Of a stretch of 64,000 nucleotides of DNA, positions 9,404-19,137 are shown piece after piece; within the stretch, counting starts at the first letter, position 1, and every line of letters begins with the position of its first letter. The notes under the pieces were generated by a model. The model was given only the letters and a program-made list of their open reading frames with translations, was not told where the DNA came from and ran no database searches. This DNA is from Clostridiales bacterium (GTDB taxonomy: Bacteria > Bacillota > Clostridia > Christensenellales > UBA1242). The stretch lies in the NCBI GenBank assembly GCA_918262735.1, contig CAKJYJ010000003.1, positions 84,883-148,882 on the forward strand, written 5' to 3'. The translations under genes and the position numbers were made by a program.

Positions 9404-10732
9404 ATGAAGAAACCATTAGTGGCAGTTGTTGGACGACCAAATGTTGGTAAAAGCACATTCTTTAATAAAATTTGCGGAAGAAGAATAAGCATTGTTGATG
9501 ACACTCCAGGTGTAACAAGAGATAGAGTATATTCAGATGCTGAATGGTGTGGCTATAATTTTAGAATGGTTGACACCGGTGGCCTTGACAAAAAATCCGA
9601 TGACGTATTTCAAAATAACATAAAAGCACAGGTGGACATTGCTGTTGATTTGGCAGATGTTATTGTTTTTATTGTTGACGGAAGTGAGGGACTAACACAA
9701 AACGATAGTGAAATAGCAGACTATTTAAGAAAGTACAATAAAAAAGTTATTCTTGTTATTAACAAGCTAGATAATTTTGAAGTGGAGAACACATATGAAT
9801 TCTATGGTCTTGGCCTTGGTGAACCGTACCCAATTTCATGCGAACAAAGCAAGGGGCTTGGTGAGGTTTTAGATGCCATTGTTGAGGGCTTTGGCGAAAG
9901 GAATATGGATGAAGAAGACACCGGTAAAATTAAGATTGCAATAGTTGGAAGGCCAAATGTTGGCAAAAGTAGCATAACAAACAGAATTTTGGGTGAAGAA
10001 AGGGTTGTTGTTAGTGATGTTGCAGGCACAACCAGAGATGCAATTGAAACAGATTTTAACCATAACGGAAAAACATACACACTAATAGACACGGCGGGTC
10101 TTAGAAGAAAAAGAGCCTTTGACAACGAAACTGTTGAGGGTTATTCAGTTATTAGGTCAATGGAAGCAATCAAAAGGGCAGATGTTGTTTTAATCGTCTT
10201 TGATTCTAGTGAAGAAATAACAGAGCAAGATGTTAGAATTGCTGGATACGTTCACGAAGAGGGTAAGCCATCTGTTGTTGTTATGAACAAGTGGGATAAA
10301 ATTCCAAACAAAGATGGTAAAACAATAAATGGATATTTAGATAAATTAAAGATGCAACTATCTTTTATGGACTATTTTGTTCCAGTTTTCACATCTGCAC
10401 AAACAGGTAAAAGACTTTATGATGTTATTGAAGCGGTTGACATGGTTTATGAAAATAGCACAAGAAGAATACCAACGGGAGCACTAAATGAATTATTAGC
10501 AAATGCAATTCTTTCAAATGAGCCACCATACCGAAATGGTAAAAAACTAAAAATACAATATATAACACAAGCACAAGTTGCACCACCAACTTTTATTTTG
10601 TTCGTTAATGATGCAACCCTGATGCATTTTTCATACTTAAGATATCTTGAAAATAGGTTCAGAGATGCTGTTGATTTTAAAGGTACGCCAATAAGGTTTA
10701 TAACAAGAAGTAAAACTGACGAGAAAAAATAA
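9404..10732 (+). CDS. der: Ribosome-biogenesis GTPase Der (EngA)
   Basis: Two tandem GTPase domains (GRPNVGKST..DTGG..NKLD and GRPNVGKSS..DTAG..NKWD) plus a KH-like C-terminus. der-plsY synteny. Confidence 0.95.
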   Translation: MKKPLVAVVGRPNVGKSTFFNKICGRRISIVDDTPGVTRDRVYSDAEWCGYNFRMVDTGGLDKKSDDVFQNNIKAQVDIAVDLADVIVFIVDGSEGLTQNDSEIADYLRKYNKKVILVINKLDNFEVENTYEFYGLGLGEPYPISCEQSKGLGEVLDAIVEGFGERNMDEEDTGKIKIAIVGRPNVGKSSITNRILGEERVVVSDVAGTTRDAIETDFNHNGKTYTLIDTAGLRRKRAFDNETVEGYSVIRSMEAIKRADVVLIVFDSSEEITEQDVRIAGYVHEEGKPSVVVMNKWDKIPNKDGKTINGYLDKLKMQLSFMDYFVPVFTSAQTGKRLYDVIEAVDMVYENSTRRIPTGALNELLANAILSNEPPYRNGKKLKIQYITQAQVAPPTFILFVNDATLMHFSYLRYLENRFRDAVDFKGTPIRFITRSKTDEKK

Positions 10733-10801
10733 ACATCTTTTTATTTAAAATAATTGTATTTTAACAAATAATGTAGTATATATTTATAAGAAGGTCATTT
10801 T

Positions 10802-11500
10802 ATGCCAGATGTGGTAAAGTTTATAATAATTATTGTTTTTGGATATTTGCTGGGCAATTTCAGTTCAGCAAAGTTTTTGTCACACATCGTTAAAGACGAC
10901 ATAACAAAACATGGAAGCGGTAATCCCGGAACAATGAATATGCTTAGAACGTTTGGTGTTAAGCTTGGCGCACTAACGCTTTTAATGGACGTTCTAAAAG
11001 GTGCAATTCCATCTCTTATTGGATATTTCATGTTTGGCGGTGGCGCAACAATACCAGCATATATTGGTCTTTTTGTTGGTGGTTTTTCTGCCGTTATTGG
11101 TCATATATTTCCTGTGTTCTATAAGTTTAAGGGTGGGAAGGGTGTTGCATGCATAATTGGTATGTTTGCCGTTGCAGAACCACTTTGGGCACTTGGTGTT
11201 CTTGTTATTTGTTTTGTATATTTGTTATTGTTCAAGTATGGCGTTTTGGCTTCGTTTATATTCATTACAATACTAACAATTATTGAGGGGTATAGGTTTA
11301 GAGGCAACCTTGTTATTTGCCTTTTGTTATTTGGTGTTTTTTGTATGACGTGGTTTATGCATAGACAAAACTTTTTCAGGCTTTTAATTGGTAAAGAAAA
11401 TAAGGTTAATTTGTTTAAGAAGAAAAGTAAAGAAACAAAGGTAAACAAGGCTGAAAAGAAAAAGCTTGCAAAAGAGAAAAAAATAAAGGAAATAGGTTAG
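10802..11500 (+). CDS. plsY: Glycerol-3-phosphate acyltransferase PlsY with a lysine-rich C-terminal extension
   Basis: GSGNPGTMN and HIFPVFYKFKGGKGVA motifs, multiple TM helices. Tail KKKSKETKVNKAEKKKLAKEKKIKEIG. Confidence 0.9.
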   Translation: MPDVVKFIIIIVFGYLLGNFSSAKFLSHIVKDDITKHGSGNPGTMNMLRTFGVKLGALTLLMDVLKGAIPSLIGYFMFGGGATIPAYIGLFVGGFSAVIGHIFPVFYKFKGGKGVACIIGMFAVAEPLWALGVLVICFVYLLLFKYGVLASFIFITILTIIEGYRFRGNLVICLLLFGVFCMTWFMHRQNFFRLLIGKENKVNLFKKKSKETKVNKAEKKKLAKEKKIKEIG

Positions 11501-13587
11501 TGAGATCTGTTGAATTACTTTCACCAGCAGGTGATTTTGAAGGGTTAAAAATGGCGGTGTTTGGAGGTGCAAACGCCGTTTATTTTGGTGCCAAAGGTTT
11601 TAATGCTAGGGCAAAAGCCAATAATTTCGGTGAAGATTTACCACGTGCTGTTGCATTTTGCCATATGTTTGGTGTTAAGGCATATTTAACGCTTAATACA
11701 ATTGTTGAGAATGATGAAATTAATGAGCTTATTGGCACGGCAAAATATGCACTAGAGTGTGGTATTGATGCGTTTATAGTTCAAGACTTTGGTGTTGTGA
11801 ACATATTAAAGAACTGTTTTTCAAATATTGAAATACACGCAAGTACACAAATGGCGGTTAATAACTATCTTGGTGCATTAAAATTAAAAGAGATGGGTAT
11901 TAAAAGAGTTGTTTTATCAAGGGAAACGTCTTTAGAAGACATAAAGTTAATTAAACAAAAAACAAATCTAGAAATTGAATATTTTGTTCAGGGTGCTTTG
12001 TGTGTTTGTTTTTCAGGCAATTGTTATTTGTCTTCTAGGCTGTTTGGTAAAAGTGGAAACAGAGGGGAATGTATGCAACCCTGCAGGCTTCCATACAAAG
12101 CATTTTTAAAAGGAAAGCAATTAGCAGATGGATATTTGCTTTCAGCAAAAGATATGAATATGTCTAAGCGATTAAAAGAGCTAATTGATGCGGGTGTTGA
12201 TAGCTTCAAAATTGAAGGAAGGCTCAGAAGACCGGCATATATTGCAGGGGTAACAAAAATATATAGGAAAATTATTGACAATAACTTTTTGGTTGCAGAT
12301 GAAGATACAACAGTTCTAAAAAAATGTTTTAATAGGGGGGATTTCACCGAAGGGTACTTTGGTGGTAACGGAAATATTATTGATAACAAAATTCAGGGGC
12401 ACAAAGGATTAAAAATAGGAATGGTCGTGGACTTTGTTGTTGGGAACAAGTTTAACATTGTTAAAATTAAGTCAAGCCACAATATTATGAGGGGTGATGT
12501 TCTCAAATTCATAAATAACGGAGTTGAAAATGCAACAATAACCGCTGTCGACATTAAAAATAGCAATGGAATATACACCATAACAACAACCAATAAGGTG
12601 GTAGTGGGTAGTGATGTCCATTTAATTTCAGATGTTTGTTTAGAGACGGAGTTAATGGGGCATATAAAAAAATTGCCAGTGAATTTTAGTTTATTGGCCA
12701 ACGTGGGCGAAAAACTTAAATTAGAATATGAGTTTAACGGCAAATCTGGAATAGTCTATGGTGAAGTTTGTCAAACTGCCAATACTCAACCATTAACAGA
12801 AAATGAAGCCAGAACACAGTTATCAAAAATGGGCGCTACAAACTTTTATCTAAACGATTTTAAGTTGCAAACAAATGGGGTTTTTGTTAGAAAACAAGAA
12901 TTAAACAGCCTTAGAAATATGGCAATAGAAGAAATTGAAAATTCCTTTATACATAAAGGAATTGTTGATGTTGATTATAGTTACATTAGTGAAGATTTAC
13001 CATATAGCAACACCAAAAACAACAATCTTACATATGAAATTGGAGAACTATATAACACAAGTCGGGATATTCTAATTGTTAGGCCTCAGAATTACAAAGA
13101 TTTCAACTATTCAAAAATAAGCCACAAAAACGCATTTTTATTTGTTCCATCATATTTAACGCATAAAGATATTGATATGATTAACGAGATTTTAGACAAT
13201 AATGAAAATCTGGGCGTGTATGCAGATAATATTTCGTATGTTGGTTACAAAAATAAAAGAATTATTCTTGGTGCAAAACTAAACATTAAGAATGTTTATG
13301 CAATAAAAGAACTAATTAACGATAGGGTTTTTGCAATTATGACATCTCCAGAATTAACAGAAGAAAGATATGACGAATTGTCAAAATTCTATTCTGTCCC
13401 TGTGCTGAAATCAAATTTTGATGGTTTTGACTTGATGACACTTGTTCATTGTCCAATAAAAATGATTTTTGGCAATAATTGTGCCAATTGCAAATACCAA
13501 GATGGCATAACGTACAAAATGGAAAACGGTAGAATACTAACGTTAAAGAGGTATAAAATTCACTCTTGTACATTTGTGCTAAGATAA
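11500..13587 (+). CDS. Peptidase U32 family protein (collagenase-like)
   Basis: The GTG start overlaps the plsY stop (TAGTG). U32 signature EYFVQGALCVCFSGNCYLSS. N-terminus ELLSPAG. Confidence 0.85.
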   Translation: MRSVELLSPAGDFEGLKMAVFGGANAVYFGAKGFNARAKANNFGEDLPRAVAFCHMFGVKAYLTLNTIVENDEINELIGTAKYALECGIDAFIVQDFGVVNILKNCFSNIEIHASTQMAVNNYLGALKLKEMGIKRVVLSRETSLEDIKLIKQKTNLEIEYFVQGALCVCFSGNCYLSSRLFGKSGNRGECMQPCRLPYKAFLKGKQLADGYLLSAKDMNMSKRLKELIDAGVDSFKIEGRLRRPAYIAGVTKIYRKIIDNNFLVADEDTTVLKKCFNRGDFTEGYFGGNGNIIDNKIQGHKGLKIGMVVDFVVGNKFNIVKIKSSHNIMRGDVLKFINNGVENATITAVDIKNSNGIYTITTTNKVVVGSDVHLISDVCLETELMGHIKKLPVNFSLLANVGEKLKLEYEFNGKSGIVYGEVCQTANTQPLTENEARTQLSKMGATNFYLNDFKLQTNGVFVRKQELNSLRNMAIEEIENSFIHKGIVDVDYSYISEDLPYSNTKNNNLTYEIGELYNTSRDILIVRPQNYKDFNYSKISHKNAFLFVPSYLTHKDIDMINEILDNNENLGVYADNISYVGYKNKRIILGAKLNIKNVYAIKELINDRVFAIMTSPELTEERYDELSKFYSVPVLKSNFDGFDLMTLVHCPIKMIFGNNCANCKYQDGITYKMENGRILTLKRYKIHSCTFVLR

Positions 13588-13624
13588 ATATTTTGAAATA
13601 AAACAAAAAATCGTAGACAACGAG

Positions 13625-13640
13625 GCACAATATATTGTAT
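13625..13640 (+). promoter_or_regulatory. Candidate NrdR box overlapping the nrdR -10 element
   Basis: gcACAATATATTGTat contains the perfect 12-bp palindrome ACAATATATTGT (13627-13638). This resembles the published NrdR-box consensus acaCwAtATaTwGtgt. TATAAT lies at 13638-13643. Confidence 0.4.
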
Positions 13641-13673
13641 AATAGGGCGTAAATTAAAACAGATGAGGTATAT

Positions 13674-14126
13674 ATGAAGTGTATGTATTGCGGTTGCGAA
13701 GATTCAAAAGTTATGGATTCTCGTGCAACCATAGAAACAAATGCAATTAGAAGAAGAAGGGAATGTTTGAAATGTGGGAAACGTTGGACAACCTATGAAA
13801 CGGTTGAAAACACTCCAATTTTAGTTATTAAAAAGAACGGCTCAATTCAACCATTTAACAAAAACAAAATAATTAGCGGACTTATTAAAGCGTGTGAAAA
13901 ACGCCCAGTTTCTTTAACTCAAATTGAAGACATTGCAAATGATATTGAAAAAGAGTTAAGAGACAGTTTGACCCAAGAAATTCGTTCAATTAAAATTGGT
14001 GATATGGTTATGGAAAGATTAAAACAATATGATGAAGTATCATATATTCGTTTTGCTTCTGTTTATCGTCAATTTAAGGATGTTTCAAGTTTTATAGATT
14101 TTTTATCAGATTTTAACGAGAATTAA
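13674..14126 (+). CDS. nrdR: Transcriptional repressor NrdR
   Basis: N-terminal zinc ribbon CxxC...CxxC (MKCMYCGC...CLKCGKRW) followed by an ATP-cone. Confidence 0.93.
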   Translation: MKCMYCGCEDSKVMDSRATIETNAIRRRRECLKCGKRWTTYETVENTPILVIKKNGSIQPFNKNKIISGLIKACEKRPVSLTQIEDIANDIEKELRDSLTQEIRSIKIGDMVMERLKQYDEVSYIRFASVYRQFKDVSSFIDFLSDFNEN

Positions 14127-14127
14127 T

Positions 14128-15129
14128 ATGCGTAATAAATATAATATCAAAGACGGCTCAAAAGTATTTTTATTAGCTTTGTTTTTACCACAAGTAATAT
14201 CAATATTACTTGTTACTATTTTGTCGTGCTTTTTTACTGCTGAACAATTGCAAAATTCAAATGCATATATTGTTGCAATGATGCTTGTAACACAGTTTAG
14301 CTTTTTCTTAATATTTGTTTTTTACAACAAATATCGCTCAATAGACTGTGTAAAAGAGTGTGGACTAAAAACAAAGGTTAGTGCAAAAAATGTCCTTTTG
14401 GCTATACTAATATCTTTCATCGCAGTTGCTGGGTTTATAAACTTTGTTGGTGTTTTTGCAAAACTTGTTGGGCTTATGGGTTTCAAAGAGGGTGGACGTT
14501 CAATTCCAATTAACACACCCGCTTGGCTTATTGTTAATGTTGTAATAACTGCCATAATACCAGCCTTTTTTGAAGAAATAATATTTAGAGGAATGATTTT
14601 TAACGGCTTAAAAAAATGTGGGCTTTTTGTTGCAGTTGCTTTAAGTTCTGTGTTTTTTATGATTGAACACCTATCTTTTTACAGTTTTGTTTATCCATTA
14701 ATAATGGGCGTTGTTTTTTGCTTAATATACCACAAAACAAAGTCAATTGCATACACAATGATAACTCATTTTTGTAATAATTTCCTTGTAATTTTAATAG
14801 ATTATTTTAATGAAATTACAGGCAATGATTTTGGAATGTTTAACATAACAACATGGTGGGGTGTGGTGCTTGCCGTGCTTGCTGCCATTTTGGCATTTGT
14901 AATAATTTTCTTTATTGTTAAAAAATTAATGGTGTGTCAGTCATGCGATAATAGTGAAAATGAGAAGACTGATGCTGAAGATGTTGTTGTAATTGAAGAT
15001 AGCAATGAAAAAAGCGAATTTGCTTCTAAAGAAGCTTCGCAAGATGATAAAAGAAACAAATATTTCTTGTTATTAACGTCTTTGGCAAGTTTTGCTTTTT
15101 GGCTGATTGTAATAATATTGGTTAAGTAG
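14128..15129 (+). CDS. CPBP family intramembrane glutamic endopeptidase (CAAX protease-like)
   Basis: Polytopic. Motifs EEIIFRG and HFCNN. Acidic C-terminal region. Confidence 0.8.
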   Translation: MRNKYNIKDGSKVFLLALFLPQVISILLVTILSCFFTAEQLQNSNAYIVAMMLVTQFSFFLIFVFYNKYRSIDCVKECGLKTKVSAKNVLLAILISFIAVAGFINFVGVFAKLVGLMGFKEGGRSIPINTPAWLIVNVVITAIIPAFFEEIIFRGMIFNGLKKCGLFVAVALSSVFFMIEHLSFYSFVYPLIMGVVFCLIYHKTKSIAYTMITHFCNNFLVILIDYFNEITGNDFGMFNITTWWGVVLAVLAAILAFVIIFFIVKKLMVCQSCDNSENEKTDAEDVVVIEDSNEKSEFASKEASQDDKRNKYFLLLTSLASFAFWLIVIILVK

Positions 15130-15137
15130 GAGAAATA

Positions 15138-16301
15138 ATGAACACAAAAAGAAGTCTATTCTTTGACACTAGTTTAATATACTTTTTGGTTATTGTGGGT
15201 TTTGTTGGAATCCGCATTGCTTCTAACTTGGTTCAGTTGCCGGGTGCTTTTAGTGAAGTGTTTAATATTTCAATTCAAGTTATTTTAATGCTTCTTCTTC
15301 CATTTTTGGCATATAAAATTTTAAGAAAGAAAAAAACTATCGAGGTTTTTAAGGATTTTAATATTAAAGCCATAGGAATCAAAGCAATATTAATTACGTT
15401 AGTGATTGGTTTTTTAATATATTTCTTAAATTTGGTTGTTGCTGGTTTTTTTAATATATTTATTTATTCAACTGGCTACGACCCAAGCTTTGGGCTTTCT
15501 AGTGCTTCTGCAGAAAACGGCTATTCAACAATTATGTTTTTGGGTGATATTCTTGTAACGGCAATTCTGCCAGGAATATGTGAGGAGTTTTGTCATAGGG
15601 GTCTTTTAGTAAATGGATATAAACAACTAGGGACAAAGAAAACAATATTTCTTGTTGGTTTTTTGTTTGGTTTAATGCACCTTAACATAGAACAATTCTT
15701 TTATGCTAGTATTATTGGAATGTTTTTAACTTATTTGGTTTTTGTTACCGGCTCAATAATTCCATCAATGATTGTACACTTTATGAATAATGCAATGGGA
15801 CTTTACGTTTCGTTTGCAAGTTATCATAACTTGCCACTTGGGAACCTTCGTTCAAATCTGGTTAGAATTTTATCTGGTAATGTTATTTCAGTTTTAACGA
15901 CCATGCTTTTCATTATGTTTATATTGGTTACAGTTTTAACATGGCTTGTTTTCTCACTATTTAAGCAAACGAGGGTAAGAGAGTATAAAAAACTTGCAGA
16001 AGATGCAATCGCAAGAAAGGAGAGGGAATCAATTTTAGATTCATTTAATCTCGACATTAATGAATTAGATGTTTTGCAGGGCATAAAAAGAAACGAAGAT
16101 GAGCCAGAAGTAATAATGTCAAGTGATACTGGAACGTATGGTAGAAAGGGCGTTATATTAGACATAAGATTTCAAAACCAAATATTAAATGGTGATTGTT
16201 CTATTAGAAAGCCAAGCATAACCGATAAGGCATTTTTAATTGGAACAATATTCATAGGCATATTTATAACAATTTCAACTTTAATATGGGGGCTTTTGTA
16301 A
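15138..16301 (+). CDS. CPBP family intramembrane glutamic endopeptidase, tandem paralogue
   Basis: Polytopic. Motifs CEEFCHRG and HFMNN. Confidence 0.8.
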   Translation: MNTKRSLFFDTSLIYFLVIVGFVGIRIASNLVQLPGAFSEVFNISIQVILMLLLPFLAYKILRKKKTIEVFKDFNIKAIGIKAILITLVIGFLIYFLNLVVAGFFNIFIYSTGYDPSFGLSSASAENGYSTIMFLGDILVTAILPGICEEFCHRGLLVNGYKQLGTKKTIFLVGFLFGLMHLNIEQFFYASIIGMFLTYLVFVTGSIIPSMIVHFMNNAMGLYVSFASYHNLPLGNLRSNLVRILSGNVISVLTTMLFIMFILVTVLTWLVFSLFKQTRVREYKKLAEDAIARKERESILDSFNLDINELDVLQGIKRNEDEPEVIMSSDTGTYGRKGVILDIRFQNQILNGDCSIRKPSITDKAFLIGTIFIGIFITISTLIWGLL

Positions 16302-16759
16302 TGCTTAAGATTAATATTGTTTGTGTTGGAAATCTTAAAGATAAGTTTTTTATTGAAGCAAGCGAGGAGTACACAAAAAGGCTCTCTCGCTTTTGTAATG
16401 TTAGCATAAATGAATTAAAGGAATTCACGAATCTTTCTTCAGTAGAGCAAATAAAAAAAAGTGAAGGGGAAGAAATAATTAAAAACATTAAAGGCTACTT
16501 TATTTTGTGTGATGTTAAGGGTGAAGAATGCTCAAGCGAGGGGCTTGCTGAGAAAATTGAAAGAATTAGCCAAACAAATGACCAAATAACATTTGTTATT
16601 GGCGGTTCGTATGGGGTTAGTAATGAAGTTAAAAACAAGGCAAATGAATTGCTTAGCGTTTCAAAAATGACATTTCCTCACAGGTTGTTTAGAGTTATGT
16701 TACTCGAACAAATATACAGGGCAGAAACAATAATAAATGGCATAAAATATCATAAATAG
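16301..16759 (+). CDS. rlmH: 23S rRNA (pseudouridine1915-N3)-methyltransferase RlmH
   Basis: N-terminus MLKINIVCVGNLKDKF, and the protein ends in YHK (SPOUT family). The ATG at 16301 overlaps the upstream stop (TAATG), so I prefer it to 16286. Confidence 0.9.
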   Translation: MLKINIVCVGNLKDKFFIEASEEYTKRLSRFCNVSINELKEFTNLSSVEQIKKSEGEEIIKNIKGYFILCDVKGEECSSEGLAEKIERISQTNDQITFVIGGSYGVSNEVKNKANELLSVSKMTFPHRLFRVMLLEQIYRAETIINGIKYHK

Positions 16760-16769
16760 TTGGTGAAAT

Positions 16770-17210
16770 ATGAATATTAAATATATGAATGAGGCATATA
16801 AACAGGCATTAAAAGCCAAGGATAACAACGAAGTTCCAATAGGGGCGGTTATTGTTTGCGGTGATAAAATAATATCCAGGGCATATAACACCCGAAATAA
16901 AACTCAAAACGCCGTTAATCATGCGGAAACGATAGCAATAATTAAAGCTTGCAAAAAGCTAAAATCTTGGCGTCTTGATGATTGTGATATATATGTAACA
17001 TTAGAACCTTGCCCAATGTGTGCTGGTGCAATATTAAATGCTAGAATAAAGAATTTATATTTTGGAGCATATGATAAGACGAGTAATACAGATTTATTAA
17101 ATATTATCCTAAAAGATGATAGGTTAAATCATAAAATTAGTGCAACCGGCGGAATAATGGAGCAAGAATGTTCAAACCTTTTAACCGATTTTTTTAAGAA
17201 AAAGAGATAA
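16770..17210 (+). CDS. tadA: tRNA adenosine(34) deaminase TadA
   Basis: Cytidine/deoxycytidylate deaminase zinc motifs HAE and PCPMCAGA. Typical size. Confidence 0.92.
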   Translation: MNIKYMNEAYKQALKAKDNNEVPIGAVIVCGDKIISRAYNTRNKTQNAVNHAETIAIIKACKKLKSWRLDDCDIYVTLEPCPMCAGAILNARIKNLYFGAYDKTSNTDLLNIILKDDRLNHKISATGGIMEQECSNLLTDFFKKKR

Positions 17211-17247
17211 TTAAATGGTATAGAACGAACTATTAACATAAAGCATT

Positions 17248-17276
17248 TCATTTTATATATCTATTAAGCATACAAT
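17248..17276 (+). promoter_or_regulatory. Sigma-E-like sporulation promoter candidate upstream of yqfC
   Basis: TCATTTT (17248-17254), 14-nt spacer, CATACAAT (17269-17276). Compared with the B. subtilis sigma-E consensus as I recall it (kmATATT-N14-CATACAmT). The ATG lies 7 nt downstream. Confidence 0.35.
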
Positions 17277-17283
17277 ACTTTGT

Positions 17284-17544
17284 ATGTTTAATTTTTTTAA
17301 TGAACTTAAAGAGAAATATCTGTCAATTTCGAATAGAATATGTCCATATCAAATGGTAATGATGGGTGATTATTTGCTGTATGTTGAAGGAAATGTAACA
17401 ATAATGACTTTGTCAGCAAACAATATTGTTTTTAAGTTAAAAGATTGTATTTGTACTGTTTGTGGAATGGGACTAGGAATAAAAGAGATAACAGAAAACA
17501 CATTAACAATAATCGGTAAGATTAGTCAAATTGAGAGGGTTTAA
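17284..17544 (+). CDS. yqfC: Sporulation protein YqfC (YabP/YqfC family)
   Basis: Small protein with the YabP-like core (MMGDYLLYVEGNVTIMTL). Lies immediately upstream of yqfD, coupled to it by TAATG. Confidence 0.7.
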   Translation: MFNFFNELKEKYLSISNRICPYQMVMMGDYLLYVEGNVTIMTLSANNIVFKLKDCICTVCGMGLGIKEITENTLTIIGKISQIERV

Positions 17545-18665
17545 TGGGCGGGTATATAAGGTATACAATAAAAAACCTTAACAGAGAAAAATTAATAAGG
17601 GAAATGGTTAAAATTGCTATAGTTAAGAATATTAAACTATATGAAGATAAATTGTCATTTGTGGTTAAAGAGAATTGTATAAAAAAGATTGACGCAGTCC
17701 TTCAAAAAAGAGGATCAAAAGTCATATCAAAGACGGCGGTTGGTTTACTTAATTATATACATACATCCATATTTCGTGTTGGAGTAATAATACCATCGGT
17801 TTTATTCATATTAGCCGTTATTATTTGTAATGGTTACATATTTAACATAAAAGTTCTTGGCACTGAAATGGTTAATAAAAATGATGTTATAAAAATTATT
17901 AATAATTGCGGGGTATATTCAATTTGCAATAAAAACCAAATAGACACAACCACAATAGAAAATGATATATTAAAGATAGATAAGGTCAGTCTGGTTTCGG
18001 CTATAGTTAAGGGTAACACACTTGTTGTTAACATTAAGGAAAAACTATACAACCCGGAATTTGAAGATAAGGATGGTTTTTTACCCATTTTAAGCCTATA
18101 TGACGGAATTATAACTGAAATTAATATAATTCAAGGAACAAGCCTTGTTAAGGTCGGACAAACAGTTAAAAAGGGTCAGGAGATTGTTGCACCATATGTT
18201 ATGGACGCTTCTGGCGACGTTTTAAGTGTTTTACCAATGGCGGATATAAAGGCGGACGTTTTTTACACAATAACACAAGAAGTTCCCGATAAAAAAATAG
18301 AACAGATTGACACCGGCAATGTAATTCGGTCAAAAAAAATAATGCTTAACAATATGGTAATTTATAATCAAAATATTAGAGTAAGTTTTCCATCATACAG
18401 GGCATCAGAAGAAATAAGTGTACTAACAGATAGAAACTTTTTGCCAATAAAATACGTAAACTATGTTTATTATGAAACTAAGTTTATTGAAATAGATGAC
18501 TATTTTATTAATAATAAAACACAAATTTTGGAGCAATTGGCTCAAAAAACTAGACAACTAGTTGATGAATATGACATAATTAAAGAGGAATATGTGAATG
18601 TGTTTAGCGTTGCGGGTATTAACCGAATAACACATACAATAATTGTAAACAAATCAATTTGTTAG
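17544..18665 (+). CDS. yqfD: Sporulation protein YqfD
   Basis: Size, a single internal TM helix, and position in the yqfC-yqfD-ybeY-era order as in Bacillus and Clostridium. Confidence 0.75.
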   Translation: MGGYIRYTIKNLNREKLIREMVKIAIVKNIKLYEDKLSFVVKENCIKKIDAVLQKRGSKVISKTAVGLLNYIHTSIFRVGVIIPSVLFILAVIICNGYIFNIKVLGTEMVNKNDVIKIINNCGVYSICNKNQIDTTTIENDILKIDKVSLVSAIVKGNTLVVNIKEKLYNPEFEDKDGFLPILSLYDGIITEINIIQGTSLVKVGQTVKKGQEIVAPYVMDASGDVLSVLPMADIKADVFYTITQEVPDKKIEQIDTGNVIRSKKIMLNNMVIYNQNIRVSFPSYRASEEISVLTDRNFLPIKYVNYVYYETKFIEIDDYFINNKTQILEQLAQKTRQLVDEYDIIKEEYVNVFSVAGINRITHTIIVNKSIC

Positions 18666-18672
18666 GAGAAAT

Positions 18673-19137
18673 ATGAGGGTCAATTATAACCAAAATGATG
18701 AAAATGCAAATTTACAACAAGATATAAACAATATTCTTAAAACGGCATTAGAGTTTGCAAATAAAACTGATAGAATTAGTGTAAATATTGTGGATATATC
18801 ACCCGAGGAAATATGTGAGCTTAATAAAAAATACAGGGGTGTTGATAGGGTAACAGATGTTTTGTCATTTCCAATGATAGAAGATTTTAATAAAATTGAA
18901 GAGGAACCAGATTATATTTTAGGAGAATGTAATATTGGCGATATATATATTAATCCACAACGGGCACGTGAGCAGGCTGAGGAATACGGACATAGTTTTC
19001 AAAGGGAATACTGTTTTTTAGTTCTTCATGGTTTTTTACACCTACTTGGCTATGACCATATAAAAAAAGATGATGAAGAGGTAATGACAGGGCTTCAAAA
19101 GCGTGTTATGGAGCATGTTAACATAAGGAGAGGGTAA
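18673..19137 (+). CDS. ybeY: rRNA maturation endoribonuclease YbeY
   Basis: Zinc motif HGFLHLLGYDH. Confidence 0.93.
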   Translation: MRVNYNQNDENANLQQDINNILKTALEFANKTDRISVNIVDISPEEICELNKKYRGVDRVTDVLSFPMIEDFNKIEEEPDYILGECNIGDIYINPQRAREQAEEYGHSFQREYCFLVLHGFLHLLGYDHIKKDDEEVMTGLQKRVMEHVNIRRG

